From Octopus sinensis (taxonomy: Eukaryota), in assembly GCF_006345805.1 (NCBI RefSeq), contig NC_043004.1, positions 46,624,001-46,688,000 of the forward strand: 64,000 nt of DNA, given 5' to 3'. Under the pieces are notes generated by a model. It did not search any database. It saw only the letters and a list, made by a program, of their open reading frames with translations, and had not been told where the DNA came from. The translations under genes and the position numbers were made by a program. Below, piece by piece: positions 37,616-51,569 of the stretch (its first letter is position 1; each line of letters starts with the position of its first letter).

Positions 37616-38290
37616 ATGAAAGCCAAGATAGACAAATACCAAATAGATTCCCAATGTATGTTATGCAAATAAAAAGAGGAAAGCGTTACTTATAGAGTAA
37701 GTTACTCATATAATAAGTGAATGTAGCATGTCGACTCAGAAAGAATACAAGAAAATACATGACAACTTTTTGGAGAGTAATCCGTTGGGCCTTATGTAGA
37801 AATCTAGTATTTGAACATACTGATAAATGGTATGACCTTGAACCTAGTAACGTACTAGAAAGTAAAAAAATATAAGATTTTGTGGGACTTAAATATTCAG
37901 ATTGACAGAGTGATAGAATCTACAAGGCTTGATTTAGTAGTAGTAGATAAAGACAATAGAAAGTGGCAGATAATTGACTTTACAGTCCCAAATAATGAAA
38001 CAAATCAATATGAAAGGTATAGAAAACATATTAATGTACCAGGACCTAGCCATTGAATTACAGGGACTATGGAAAGTGCGGGTAAAATGTATCACGGGAT
38101 TTGTAGGTGCATTAGGCACAATCCCTAATGTTTTGAATAGATAGATAGAAGAAATAGGCATAAAATACAGTTTACCACAGCTCCAGAAAACAATGTTATT
38201 AAGGACAGCTAGGATGCTTAAGAGTGTTCTTGGCATCTAAGGTTACTTGCTGTAGCCCGATGTTACTATTTTTTTCTTTTACAACAGTAT
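37616..38290 (+). mobile_element. R4/Dong-type LINE 3' fragment (CCHC plus restriction-like endonuclease)
   Basis: MKAKIDK..CMLCK, ISEC..HDN, KWYDLEP, KILWD..IQIDRVIE..R.DLVVVDK, VGALGTIP, LQK..LLRTARML. Confidence 0.8.
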
Positions 38291-39039
38291 AATCTGTTGT
38301 GTGTATATGATTAATAATTTAATAATTATAATTTCTTGGATCTGCATGCATATTGCGCAATGTACTGTCTGAAGTCCTTGCTGTGACGTGACAGAGAGGG
38401 CAAACCCCCGGTAGACAAAATATCTTCAATCATCAGCATCACGATATTGGATACTGTGCGTAAGACATTCATAAGATTATGCTGTCAAGTAGTGCCCACA
38501 TCCTTAGAAAAACCTTCACAATTTAAAAGATTGTCTTGTATTATACGGAGGTATTTCTGTACTGTCCTCGCCACTTTCTCTCACCAAGCTTTCAGCTATA
38601 TTTCAAAATATCTTAAATTTCATTTTCTCCAGGACACTGGGTGTGTCTACTCGTTACTCTTGTCTAAAAATTTAGCAGAATAACGAAATAAATAAGAGTG
38701 GAAAGGAATCTTATCTAATAATAAACCAAGGAAACGATGATTCTTAGGAAAAGAACGTGGGGCAATGAACAACTGATAGAATGCCATATAATGCCTGTTA
38801 GGAATAGAAAATGATTCTCTGATTTTCGTAGAAATTCGATCAACTGAATATTGCAATGTCAGCTGGATGACAACAGCTAATTTGCAATTGTGAATATCGG
38901 AGCCAGCCAAGAGAAATCAATATTGGGACTTGAAACAAAGTCATGAGGCAGCGTCCATGTAAAGGAAAATAATTTGATGATCATAGCTGCAGCAAATACG
39001 TAAATATACGCAAATATGCCTTGAAAGTCTAAGGCAGAA

Positions 39040-39620
39040 AGTGAATAAAACGAAGGTTTTAGAATCAATTTATCTACAGATCTTGGATCAAGATATTGTT
39101 AAGGAAAAGGTGAAAACAAAAGTATCGGAATTGAATAGATTTCATGCGAAAATACTGAAATTTACAGGTGCTAATTTAGTTGTAGGTTTCTTGGTGGGAA
39201 TAAATGGCAGCAGAAGAACAGGCAAGTAGGTACTTGATAAAAAAAAGACAGATACTAATAAAGTTTAGTAACCCTGGGAATTATCCAAGTAGAACTAAGT
39301 TTTTGAAGTATAGAGGAACAGAAAAGACTGGTTAAGAATATATATTACTTAAGAAAAAGAAACTTTGAAAAATTATCGTAGAATTAAAGCAGAAATGATA
39401 GACAAATCTGACAAAACGAGAAATTCTGTAGAAACAATCAGTTGAAGCATAATGCCAATATGAATCAAACCAAGAAAAACCCTATTTGCTATTCCTGAAG
39501 GAAATTGGGGTACGTGATAGGATAAAAGCGAATGCGGAAGCAGTAAAATATTTTGGCGGAATCATTGGGGGACACGTCAAATATAATTATGAAGCATGGT
39601 AGAGACAAATGAAAAGAGTA
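39040..39620 (+). mobile_element. Possible N-terminal fragment of an R4/Dong-type ORF
   Basis: A-rich decayed coding-like text (ELKQK.., ..FGGIIGGHVKYNYEAW) resembling the start of the 54-56 kb element; weak. Confidence 0.35.
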
Positions 39621-39704
39621 CGTGGAAAATGTTCTGCTACGAAAAAAGGTTATTATTCTTTTGTATTCCAGGCACAAGGCCCGAATTTTTTTTTTTTTTT
39701 TGTG

Positions 39705-39882
39705 GTGGGGTCCAGTTGATTGGATTAACCCCAGTACGTAACCGGTACTTTATTTACCAATTCTCAGAAGAAGGAACGGCAAAGATGCCCTCGGTGGAAT
39801 TTGAACTCAGTACGTAAAGACAGACGAAAGATCGCTAAGCATTTCGCCGGGCATGCTACCATTTCTGCCGAATCTCCGCCTT
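39705..39882 (-). mobile_element. SINE family A
   Basis: GGAATTTGAACTC (reverse B box), GCTAAGCATTTCGCCGGGC..TTCTGCC. Confidence 0.75.
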
Positions 39883-41219
39883 GGAAAGAGGTTATTATTA
39901 CGAAAGTAAATATGTTGAAGTCATATAAAACTGTGTAAAAGTAGAAAGAGCTCGAACCATACCTGGTTGCCGGTTACTGGATGAATATGTTTACGAGACT
40001 GCCTTGAAACACATAATGAAGCAAAAAAATGAGTGCATATCACATGGGTAAATATATTTGCAGCTAATAAAATGGAATAATTCTAAAGACAAACTTAAAA
40101 GAAGAGCATCCTCAAATTCTTGTCCTCCTAAACGAGAATACTTGCTCAGGTACAATAATAACATCTCTAGGAAAATACCAGTATTTACTAATTGTACTAA
40201 TAAACAAAATTCCGCTGTCTGATTTGTATCAACTTTTCTTAAACCTTTGGAAAACTCCTGATACCTTTCACGCTCTGAATTTTAGGATGTATTAATATAA
40301 GTCCTTCGTTCTGACATTCAAAACAAAGACGATATGCTTGAATTTGGTCAGCGCGCATATCATTCTCTTCCATGTAAATCTTCTTTCTGACTTATCAATA
40401 TATTTCTACGATAAACACTTATCCCTCGATCGGAATTTAATCTTTGACTATGCGTTAATCGTGGCTCATATATTGTATTAAAGAGGAATGAAAGATCATG
40501 ATTTGCTGAAAGTTTTCAGACACGGTGAATACTTGGGGGCAGCCATTTAATCAGAATATCTTATAATCTTCACCTTATTTTCATTTAAGATTAGATAGCA
40601 CCATGATGGATATGGACAAATTGGATTGATCTGAGAAGCTTGTGCGCAGATCATGTATTACATATATGAGCAGCAATTAAGCGCTTGAATCATAAAGATT
40701 ACAGAAACAAAACATACTGACAACATGAGCCAAAAAAATATTTCGGCTTGTTTTGCGGTTAACTGTTTAATCGAAATGAAAACAGAAATATCAAAGAGTG
40801 ATAAATATTAAATGAATAAAACTTATATGAATGTCGTTAAGCATTATAAGTGTGATACGGTTAAAAAACATCGTGTATTGCTGTATCCCATTCATAATTT
40901 GAAATGACTCCACATAGAGACAAACAACTATACTCACCTCATCTCTTGGCATATTGCCCTATCATGTTATACGATTCAAATCAATTAATTTCCTGACGCA
41001 GATCACGTTTTAAAGTACTTTTTTTACGACTGATACATCAAATTAGATTAATCTTTAATTAGCTATTCCTGCTTTAGCGTAAATCGAACAAAATTTAAAA
41101 GATATTTCGTGCTTTATATCACAGATTAAATGTTTATATTCATGTCAATCCATTTATGCTTTTTAATAACAATGATTCAATAGTGGGCATTGTATGTGAT
41201 TCTTTTATTCTTTTACAGG

Positions 41220-41625
41220 CTTTAATCCTTTCACTGCGACCATACTGGAGCACCTCCTTTATTAGAAGAAATCGGACAAATCGCCCCCAAGACTTATTCA
41301 TTTTAAGCCTAGTACTTATTTTATTGGTCTATTTGACGAACCACTAAATTTCGGGGATATAAACACACCAACATCGGTTGTCAAGTGACGGCGGGGGGAC
41401 AAATACAGACACAAAAACACTCCCATAAATATATATGCATACATACACACACACAAACGTGCACACACGCAAACGTGCACACACACACACACACAAACGC
41501 ACACACATACACACACACATATATATATAGATATACATACACGACGGGTATTTTTCTGCTTCCATCTACCAAATCCACTCACAAGGCTTTAGTCGGTCCG
41601 CAGCTATAGAAGACAGTTGCCCAAG
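41220..41625 (-). mobile_element. SINE family B, 5'-truncated
   Basis: CTACCAAATCCACTCACAAGGCTTT and CACCAACATCGGTTGTCAAG. Confidence 0.8.
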
Positions 41626-42071
41626 AAACCGGGAAACCGGCACTTATGAGCCACGCATGGCTCGAGAAGGAGCAACCATTATGACGGGAGATTTTCTTCA
41701 GGTACATGAATTTGTAGAATATCAAGCTACTTACGCATTCAATGAAAGGTAGTTCGATTCACGAAACAACCGATACACTCAACAAAAAGAATCAAGAGAT
41801 GAAGCATCTTCATTTTCTACAGGTATACATTTTCTCACTCATCTCTCTCCGCTTCCCTCCCTCATTATTTCAATCTGCCTCTGTATTTTCTTATGATTAT
41901 CTGCGCAGTACGAATACCATTGCAATGACGACACTGTATTACTTTGCTTGAAAATAAGAGCTTTCATTCAATTATGTTGTAGATATATGCTCAACGAAGC
42001 TGTTTGCGAGAGAGCATGGAACATGACAATAATATATGCACACACGTATGTAGATATACATGCATAAATAC

Positions 42072-42140
<69 letters not shown>

Positions 42141-42552
42141 TATACATATATATTTATGTATATATACATAAAAAACATACATACATATATATATATATAA
42201 ATATATATATATATGTATATATATACAAACATATGTATACTTGTGTACGCATACATAATATATATATATACGGGAGTCTGTGGGTATACAGATGCAAATA
42301 CACATCGTATTCGATTTAACAGCATTATAAGTGCGATGCAGGTGCATTTGTTATAATGCTTACTTTTTACTGCTTACCTAATTTCAGAAAACGAAAATAT
42401 ATAAAATCATAAACATTTTTGTTGCCTTCGAGTGTATCGTCAATTGGAACGCAGCATGTTGGTTAATGAAATGTAGCATGAATTGCCATTATCCGAAAGT
42501 GTGTTATACGATGAAGTGGATAATGATTCATTGTAGCCAAATGAAGCACACA

Positions 42553-42596
<44 letters not shown>

Positions 42597-42694
42597 ACAC
42601 ACACACACACATATATATATTGCTATATATATATATATATGTATGTGTATGTATATATATGTGTGTATACATATACGTATATATAGATATAGAT

Positions 42695-42755
<61 letters not shown>

Positions 42756-43525
42756 AACATAGATATAATGAGATACGTGAATCATAGCAGTTACCTTATA
42801 ATGCTTTCCCACTTGACATTATTGTTTTCAAATCTGTTTTCATAAGTAATTATTAATTTCAAACCCCTGTTCTTAGACTTCTTCACATCTGTGTAATTTC
42901 AGTCATTTCGTTTCCAATAAACGTGATTAATTGTATTTGTTATGCAAAACAAAACATACGTAATAAAATAACGCATATAACCCTCTGGATTTTGACAAAT
43001 TCTTGGCATTTTGTTTGGAAAAAAAAATGTAAATTACAAGAATTTTAACAGTAAAATATAAATAAATAAAATAAAATAAAGATGAAGTAACCAATATAGC
43101 AGTCTCAGGGAATATTTATTGTTAGCAAACTGTTGAAGGAAGAAAATACACGCTACACTGATTATTCAAATTATAGCCTTCAGATATCAATAAATTGCAA
43201 AGGAATTAACACAAATGTTTGCATCCTTTCGGCCTTTCTACTCGTTATGGGCCATAAACTTTACATTTGTTATGTTACAAATGGTATTTTTATTCGACAC
43301 AAATATTGTCCGCTTCAGTTCATTATTATTAAATCGGAATTTAACAACCTCGCAGTCTCTTCTCATACGTATAATACTGTTTTCTTGATATTGTGTTATG
43401 AAACTTCCGAAAATTCAAGCAACAACCTAATGCAGAGCGCCAGTGTTGATAAATGTAATGTTAATATAAAAAAAAGTATGGGAATAGTACAGATTATACA
43501 GCAATCAATACAGAGGTAGATGGAC

Positions 43526-43573
<48 letters not shown>

Positions 43574-44885
43574 GGAGTGAGTGAATAGGGGAGAGTGAGT
43601 GATGCTGAGGAATAGAATTTGAAATTCACAGAAACGGTAAGTGGGTGAGTGAGAGGAAAATAGTAATGATCAAGAGAGAAATGTTATGGTTTCTGAGTGC
43701 GTAGGAGGTAAGTAATGGAAGAAATGAAAGAATTAGGTACAGCTTATCGATTAGGAAAGACAAGTTTGTATGAGGTATGTAATACTAGTCGGTTTATCCC
43801 CCGGCTATCTTGTCGGCCAACACAGATTCATTTGTGTCAATTTATTTCAGAAATATGACATTTAAATAGAGTTTTATGTTAGCGGTTTTGATAGCCGTTC
43901 GCATTATCTGACTTCTGAAAATTTCCTTTGTCTGATGTTGATAATAGGACAATTCATAATTTCTGCATTAATCTGACTGTGAGGCGTTAACACTATCGAT
44001 GATTTTAATAAGAGCGGCGCTGTTAGGAAATGGGTTCCTATAGTGTTCTAGGAATTTGTGTTGTGTCTCCGAGCCAAACAATTAACAATTAATTATTGTA
44101 GCCTCTCTGTGTTGAAATAAGGACCTGCTAGAAAATGATATACATCGCCTGGAAGAAGATTTATTTTCAAGTGATTGGAAGGATCCGAAGATATGAAATG
44201 TGTCGTCATAAGTTATTGTTCTATAATTGAAATGCCTGAATATGGCATCATTACGACATTAAACTAGCCTTCAACTAATTGAATAGGAATATTGATATAT
44301 TTAGTTATACATCCTTGATTGTATTACTATATATTACATTTCCTCATATTCATTGCCTGTCTTCTATAATATTAACTCATAACTGGTGGTATTATAGCAA
44401 AAACTGTATTCTGAAGACTGTTTAAATCTAAGATGTTTAATATTATCTAAAATACTTAAAAATGGGTTATAAATTATCTATTGACATGTCAGTTTTGAAA
44501 TAAGTTAATAAAGATGTTCTTGGATCGCATATATCATTATTTTAACCGAGTCAAAACATCAAATGATTCAGAGTTGAATTATAACAAACAATTATTATTT
44601 ATGACAAATTCACGATTTCTATTAAACATTGTATATATTTCCCCGTAGGTAAGTCAAAAACCATAAGCCCTCTTCTTTCTTTAATTTAGTAAATCAAAAG
44701 CAGGCGTCGAAGAATTAATTAATTTTTTCGACATAGTCCTCTAGCTTTTCGAAAGGTTCAACAGTGTAGGTGACTGTATGTGGGCGTGCATTGTCGTGCA
44801 ACAGTTTATTTGATTACAAAACTCGGCGTTTGGTGGCAAATCGCTGGCTTCAAGCTGGTGACAAGCATTTCACTATAGCCTACAC

Positions 44886-45276
44886 TTTACTCTTTTACTT
44901 GTTTCAGTCATTTGACTGCGGCCATGCTGGAGCACCTCCTTTAGTCGAGCAAATCGACCCCAGAACTTATTCTTTGTTAGCAAAGTACTTATTCTATCGG
45001 TCTCTTTTGCCGAACCGCTAAGTGACGGGGACGTAAACACACCAGCATCGGTTGTCAAGCAATGCTAGGGAAACAAACACACACACACATATACATATAT
45101 ATATACAAATATACGACAGGCTTCTTTCAGTTTCCGTCTTCCAAATCCACTCACAAGGATTTAATTGGCTCGAGGCTATAGTAGAAGACAGTTGCCCAAG
45201 ATGACACGCAGGGGGAATGAACCCGGAACCATGTGGTTGGTAATCAAGCTACTTACAACACAGCCACTCCTGCGCC
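44886..45276 (-). mobile_element. SINE family B, near full length
   Basis: From the tail TTTACTTGTTTCAGTCATTTGACTGCGGCCATGCTGGAGCAC to the head ACACAGCCACTCCTGCGCC. Confidence 0.9.
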
Positions 45277-45289
45277 TGGTGAATCTTTT

Positions 45290-46110
45290 CCAGATAAAAT
45301 TCCAGTATACGTCCCTTTTCTCCGGAAGCGTGAACTTGAATTTCTTTTCCGCAGGCGATTCCAGATGTTTCCATACCATACTCTTAAGTTTGGATTGAGA
45401 ATAAAAGTGAAGAACCCAAGTTTCATCTCCTACAAGTATCCTCTCGAAAGTAACTCCGCCTTTATCGCTTCTGCGGTCGATTGGGCATAGGTAGAATCGT
45501 GGGATCTTTCAATGGTAAGTTATTTTGTTGGCATCCATTTCACTCAGACCTTACAGAAACGAAGTGATTCGAGGATGATTTCTTATGCAGAACCATGATT
45601 AGATTGCAGAGAAAATGCCACATCATCGATGGTCTCAAGTCGGTTCATCAGAACTATTTCTCGATCCTGGTGAATCTTGACGCCAGTAGTGGGTATTGAA
45701 AAGTGTCTTGCTCTCTCTCTCTCTCTCTCTCTCTCTTTTTCTCTCTCTCACTCACTCTCCCTCTCTCTTCGTACTTCACACATGTCCGGCCATTTTAAAC
45801 TCCTCGATCCAATCATACACATTTCTTCGCCGTAGAATGTTTTACCCCGTATTTTACTGAAAGACTGCATTGAATATCAGTCTCTGAAACACTTTCTATC
45901 TAGAGAAATCAGATCACTGATCTCTGTTCTTCCTTGTTGCGCACGGCCTTATTTGCTTTTTAACACAGGGAAGAGAACAGGAGCAGTCAAACTCAAGCCT
46001 CAGCTACGAAACCACGAGTATACAATATTTTCAGACGGCAGAACTGAACACAGTGTGTCCAGTTGGAGGAGGCTTTATTGTAATTGCCAATCCTTTTTGA
46101 CTTGTCCTTG
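45290..46110 (-). mobile_element. Decayed mariner 5' half, interrupted by (CT)n
   Basis: Minus strand FERILVGDETWVLHFYSQSKLKSMVWKHLESPAEKKFK; TIR-like CAAGGACAAGTCAAAAAGG near 46110. Confidence 0.7.
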
Positions 46111-46650
46111 CAAACTGAAATGTTTTAATTAGTTATATCCATATAAAGCAGCAATTTATCTCACAGCAAATATACTCAATCAAAAGTATATTCAAATACA
46201 TTTGGTATAGTTCTCATTTTATTGTTTCTCTAAGAATCAAATAAAAATTTCCTTTATTATTCCTTCCCTCCAGATATAAATTAAAAGAATGCTGCATTTG
46301 GAAAGGAAATTTGAACTCAGACAATTGACTGTTCAATACGTGAAAGCATTACATAATTTTTATCAATTACTGGTTCTTGCATTCGTCAACGTCTATAGCC
46401 AGCAAAGCGTATTCCCATAAAAAAACCCCAACATATATTGATATTAGAATTGGCGTTATATTAAATTTAATATCTTATATGTACAAATATACCTACTTAC
46501 ATACATGAACACACACATACACACAATCGCACAAACTCTTACGCACACACATACGCTCACAAACATACAGGCATATGCATATGTACATGTATATATTAGA
46601 TATATTCAGAAATTTATGTGTATATGGATATAGATATAAATGTATATATA

Positions 46651-47515
46651 CGAGATCTGACAAATAAGTATGTAGACTGTTGCCATACTAAATAAGCTAA
46701 GGTACGTAGAGTAAAGCCGCTAGGAAAATACTGACCTTGAACTCTGCAGTGCATGTGCGCTACGTTTAAACGTTCTAGCTCAATTCTGCTGTTTACGGCA
46801 GTGCTTGGAAGGAAAGTGTGTAACGTGTAATCTTCGCATTGACATTGACAGCGAAATTTGCCATAGCGATACCTGGTCAGAAGCCTACGCAAATTTGCAG
46901 AAAGAGTATGGAAAGAAGTGTATGAGCCGCACACAAATGTATCAGTGGTTTAGACGCTTCCACGATGGCTGAAAAGCAGTTGATATTTACGAACGCTCTG
47001 GGATCCCACCCAGCAAAACTGAGAGAAAAATCGTAGACATGCGTGCGGCTGTGAGAGGAAATCGCCCACTCACTATCTCTGTGTTATCAGAGGCTGTGCA
47101 GATTATTTACGGTTCAGTTCAGTCCATTATCAGTGAAGATTTTCATATGAGACACGTGCCTGTCAGGTTTTTGCAAAACCTGCTTTCAGCTGATCACAAA
47201 ACACTCGGGTTTCAGTTGCACAAAGTCCCCTTGATAGTCTAAAGACTGATGAAAACGTTTTGAAAACTTTGCGTTCTCTTCTGAGCGTTTGATGAAGATT
47301 CTCTGCTCAACCACCTCCGTCATGTTAATTGCAACAACCACACGTTGCATACCTTCCTTCTAAGCACTACTGTAAACAGAAGTGAGCTAGAACAATAAAA
47401 TTTAGTGCGCATTTGCATCTGAGTTAAAAGATCAATCTGTACCAAGCGGCCTTACTCTGCGTGCTTCAGCTTCGTTACTATGCCAATAATCTGAATGCTT
47501 ATTGATCAGAACACG
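46651..47515 (+). mobile_element. Mariner derivative with about 185-bp inverted arms around a transposase N-terminal relic
   Basis: TA on both sides; arms 46651-46835 and about 47330-47515; internal CMSRTQMYQWFRRFHDG HTH-region text. Confidence 0.75.
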
Positions 47516-47522
47516 TACATGA

Positions 47523-47592
<70 letters not shown>

Positions 47593-47768
47593 AAAGGGCT
47601 TAGTAAAATAAATTACTTTGCCGCACACTGAACTCATTAGAAATAGCAGCTAAAAAAACCTTTTTTAAAACTATACTTAAAGAAAACCTCTCTCATATAG
47701 TGTTTGCTCAATTCAACTCACGAAAGTATGGGGGTAGAGACATTAAAAAATCAAATGCAAAGGTTATT

Positions 47769-47821
47769 TGAGAACGTACGTTTCAAGATTAGTCAAACTC
47801 GACATTTCTATCATCAGCTCA
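47769..47821 (-). ncRNA. Type I hammerhead motif in the inverted arm
   Basis: Exact reverse complement of 47934-47986. Confidence 0.65.
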
Positions 47822-47933
47822 GAACTCCCTGGTTTGGATTTGAAACTGTTAGTTTCGAGCAGATCTTCAGAAGCGATAAGCCGAAAGGGTATGCTCCCAC
47901 TTTCAGTGTTTTCAAATCCAAACCAGGGAGTTC

Positions 47934-47986
47934 TGAGCTGATGATAGAAATGTCGAGTTTGACTAATCTTGAAACGTACGTTCTCA
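47934..47986 (+). ncRNA. Type I hammerhead motif, 556-bp family copy 1
   Basis: TGAG CTGATGA T AGA AAT GTC GAGTTT GAC TAA TCT T GAAAC GTAC GT T CTCA; palindromic stem III loop, GUU triplet, predicted cut after 47982. Confidence 0.7.
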
Positions 47987-48489
47987 AATAACCTTTGCAT
48001 TTGATTTTTTAATGTCTCTACCCCCATACTTTCGTGAGTTGAATTGAGCAAACACTATATGAGAGAGGTTTTCTTTAAGTATTAGAAATAGTTTTAAAAA
48101 AGGTTTTTTTAGCTGCTATTTCTAATGAGTTCAGTGTGCGGCAAAGTAATTTATTTTACTAAGCCCTTTTATATAATGTAATAATTTGAATTCGCCTTAA
48201 ATGGTCCCTTTGCATACTGAATACTTGGTGAAATTGATTAATTAATTAATTTTACCCTCAATTGTTGAAATTATAATTCATCTCTCTCTATATAATGCCT
48301 CGGATTTTACCGAAAAAAGCATAGTGTTTGCTGATTTTAACCCACGCTGGTGGAAAGGGGAGAGCAGAAATTCTTCGCTTGCATTTTTGAGTTTGTTGGC
48401 ACTGTTAGTTTCGAGCAGATCTTCAGAAGCGATAAGCCGAAAGGGTATGCTCCCACTTTCAGTGTTTTCAAATCCAAACCAGGGAGTTC

Positions 48490-48542
48490 TGAGCTGATGA
48501 TAGAAATGTCGAGTTTGACTAATCTTGAAACGTACGTTCTCA
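48490..48542 (+). ncRNA. Type I hammerhead motif, 556-bp family copy 2
   Basis: Identical to copy 1; predicted cut after 48538. Confidence 0.7.
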
Positions 48543-48832
48543 AATAACCTTTGCATTTGATTTTTTAATGTCTCTACCCCCATACTTTCGTGAGTTGAAT
48601 TGAGCAAACACTATATGAGAGAGGTTTTCTTTAAGTATTAGAAATAGTTTTAAAAAAGGTTTTTTTAGCTGCTATTTCTAATGAGTTCAGTGTGCGGCAA
48701 AGTAATTTATTTTACTAAGCCCTTTTATATAATGTAATAATTTGAATTCGCCTTAAATGGTCCCTTTGCATACTGAATACTTGGTGAAATTGATTAATTA
48801 ATTAATTTTACCCTCAATTGTTGGTATATATA

Positions 48833-48910
<78 letters not shown>

Positions 48911-48947
48911 ATATACATTATATACATAAACACACACACACACACAC

Positions 48948-49002
<55 letters not shown>

Positions 49003-49699
49003 CATGATTAGATTAAAGGCTACATTGCCGCAAGGACGTGCATGTTGACCTCAATCAGAATGTGTTGATGGCACTGTATGTGAGGGGTATATAGATGTGG
49101 GGAGAAATAAGTATTTGAAGGAGAGAAATAAGAGAACGATGAAACTAATAAAATAATATAAAATATAGGGGAGTGAGGGGAAGGAGGGACTGAGCAGATC
49201 AGTAGTAGATAATATAGTAGTTTATCTTAAACACAGACGATAATAGTGGAATTGGCATTTGAAGGGAAGATACATTGTAGGGAAAAGGGAGGAGTAATAT
49301 ATATTGGTCTTGGGGGACAAAGAAAGTGTGTATAAATAGAGCAAGGTAGTGTGGGAGATTCAAACATGGCTAGTGGTTGTTTGTAGTCGAGGGGTTGCTA
49401 TGGCCGAAAGGCACAATTTGATACAAAAAAAATGAAGGAAAAAAAAACGTATGAAGTTGTGGGGGAGTACGTAGGCGTATGTATTTGTGGGTTTATGAGT
49501 GAAACGGGAGGGAGTACAATATAGAAAGGGGAGAATATTTTAGGTAGAAACTATTGTCGATTAAATACAAAGTGGTAGTGTGGGTGGGTGAGTGGAATAT
49601 ATATGTGTGTGTGTGATACAGATACAAGGCTGGGGTGAGGTTGTAATTATTAGTATTTTGAGAATAGATCCATTGCCGATGTATGCCGGTGAATATTCT

Positions 49700-50040
49700 A
49701 TTTATCTATCCGCTCAGTCGAAGTCGACTCTCGGTTACTCGATGTATCAGTGTCCTCCAGCCAGTTCTATCCTGGGTCGCTTCTATCAGATTGGCTATGC
49801 CCGTTGCCGTGTTACTCTTGATGGTGTCAGGCCTGCGGGTTCTTGGTCGGCCTCTTCCTCCTTGACACTGACCATTCCGAGCATGATGTCCTTCTCCAGA
49901 GATTTTCTCCGCATAATATGGCCAAAATATGTCAATCTATGCTAGGTGATCCTAGCTTCTAGCGACAGTTTCGGTTGATCTGGTTAAGAACCTCTCCATT
50001 GGTGAGCCTCGCTGTCCATGGAATCCGTAAAATGTGATTA
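49700..50040 (-). mobile_element. RTE-clade LINE 3' fragment
   Basis: Minus strand (with frameshifts) LRIPWTARLTN, YFGHIMR, LEKDIMLGM, RGRPRTR, TIKS..QDRTGWR. Confidence 0.75.
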
Positions 50041-50454
50041 TTATACTACTTTGATCCTGTTTGCGACAAGTACTTCCCTGCGATAATGACTAATTTATTC
50101 AAGTTATCCTTGGCCTGAAGAGTAGCCGGCAGTAAAAACCTCATTCAACTCGCTATGAAACATATGTACCCCGGATTTTGCCTACTCCATTCCGTAAATC
50201 TTGTGAATTCTTTTTCGCACAGTCGGCAATCCTGGTCGCCTACCGTGGAATATAAAAATAACTTCTTTTCTGGCCATCGTTCTTCGATAAAGAAAAATAA
50301 CACGCAACATTCCGTCTCAAAAAGCCACTATTGGTCATGAAAGTTGTTTTTTTTTAAATATATTTTAAATATATTTTTTAAATATAGTTTCCTCATATGT
50401 TAAATTTCTTCCTACATCTCGATCCCTGGGTCTTGAATTTATTCAAACATACAC

Positions 50455-50560
<106 letters not shown>

Positions 50561-51569
50561 GTATATTATTACAAGATAATAGTTCACGAATATAGTGACA
50601 TATATTCTGTGTAAAATATATTTAAAGTTGATTTAATACTTTCTTTAAAATTATTATAGCTGTATATGTATTGAATTGAACATATCTATTTTGTAGTGAA
50701 TGTTCATATTTATTCTTACACAATGCATATATTTGTGGACGAATCAGCTCTTTATCAGCCGTATTATTGTATTTAGAGAATGCTTATTTCAAAACGTCTT
50801 ATAAATTGAGTTATTGTATATTACAACTGCGTTAATATTATAAAGGTTTCCAGTTATTTGTCCACGAACAGTGATAAGTTGTATTGTACAGTTATACAAG
50901 AATGATGGACTACATCGAAATTTGAATATGGAATTAAACGGACTATCGGCATCAGTATAACGCTGACATGTATTTTACCAGCAACCGAATTGTTGTTGAT
51001 AATGGAGATAATTGAACAAAATGCAATTGTTGGAGGTAATGATTATTTACTACGCAAAATCCTTTCAGAGGGAGAGAGAGAGAGAGGGGGAAAGAGAGAG
51101 AGAGAGAGACAGAGACAGAAAGACAGACAGACAAATAGCTTTTATTTCGTAACTTTTCTTTTTCTATAACATTCCTAACTTTTGGTACAGGCGGTATTTA
51201 GTCTAGATTATTAAATCAACTTCGCCTAGTTAAAAGTATTTTTTCTTCCGACAAAATTTTCTTTCTAGTAAATTCACTTGAATTCAAGAAGCATACATGA
51301 TTTCTTTTAATGGTCTGCAGATTGAGTTAAGCTTAAATAGTTTTTTTTTAAATATATTTTCATACAATTTCTAATCAAAAATGTTTTCCACCCGAAGCTA
51401 TTAATTCTTGTTTCTCTGTAATTAAACAGCATTCAATAATTTCGTTGAAGTATTTGAAAAAAATTATTATCTTTCATTTTGAATTTTAAATGTATTCATG
51501 AAGCTAGTTTCTCATATTTGTATCATATAAGCACCGTCAAAATGTCAGCAATTTTAAGAGAGAAGATAA

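Larger units (their letters stand above)
47590..48823 (+). mobile_element. HHR-bearing tandem element: inverted 5' arm (47590-47844) plus about 1.8 copies of a 556-bp unit, flanked by (TA)n
   Basis: ACTGTTAGTTTCGAGC at 47845 and 48401; CTGATGA at 47938 and 48494 (period 556); copies look essentially identical. Confidence 0.9.

Noticed and set aside
47704-48607. Repeated 95-109 aa ORF MLNSTHESMGVETLK..
   Set aside because: TTG start, no recognisable domain, and it recurs only because of the tandem/inverted repeat; no support as a protein.
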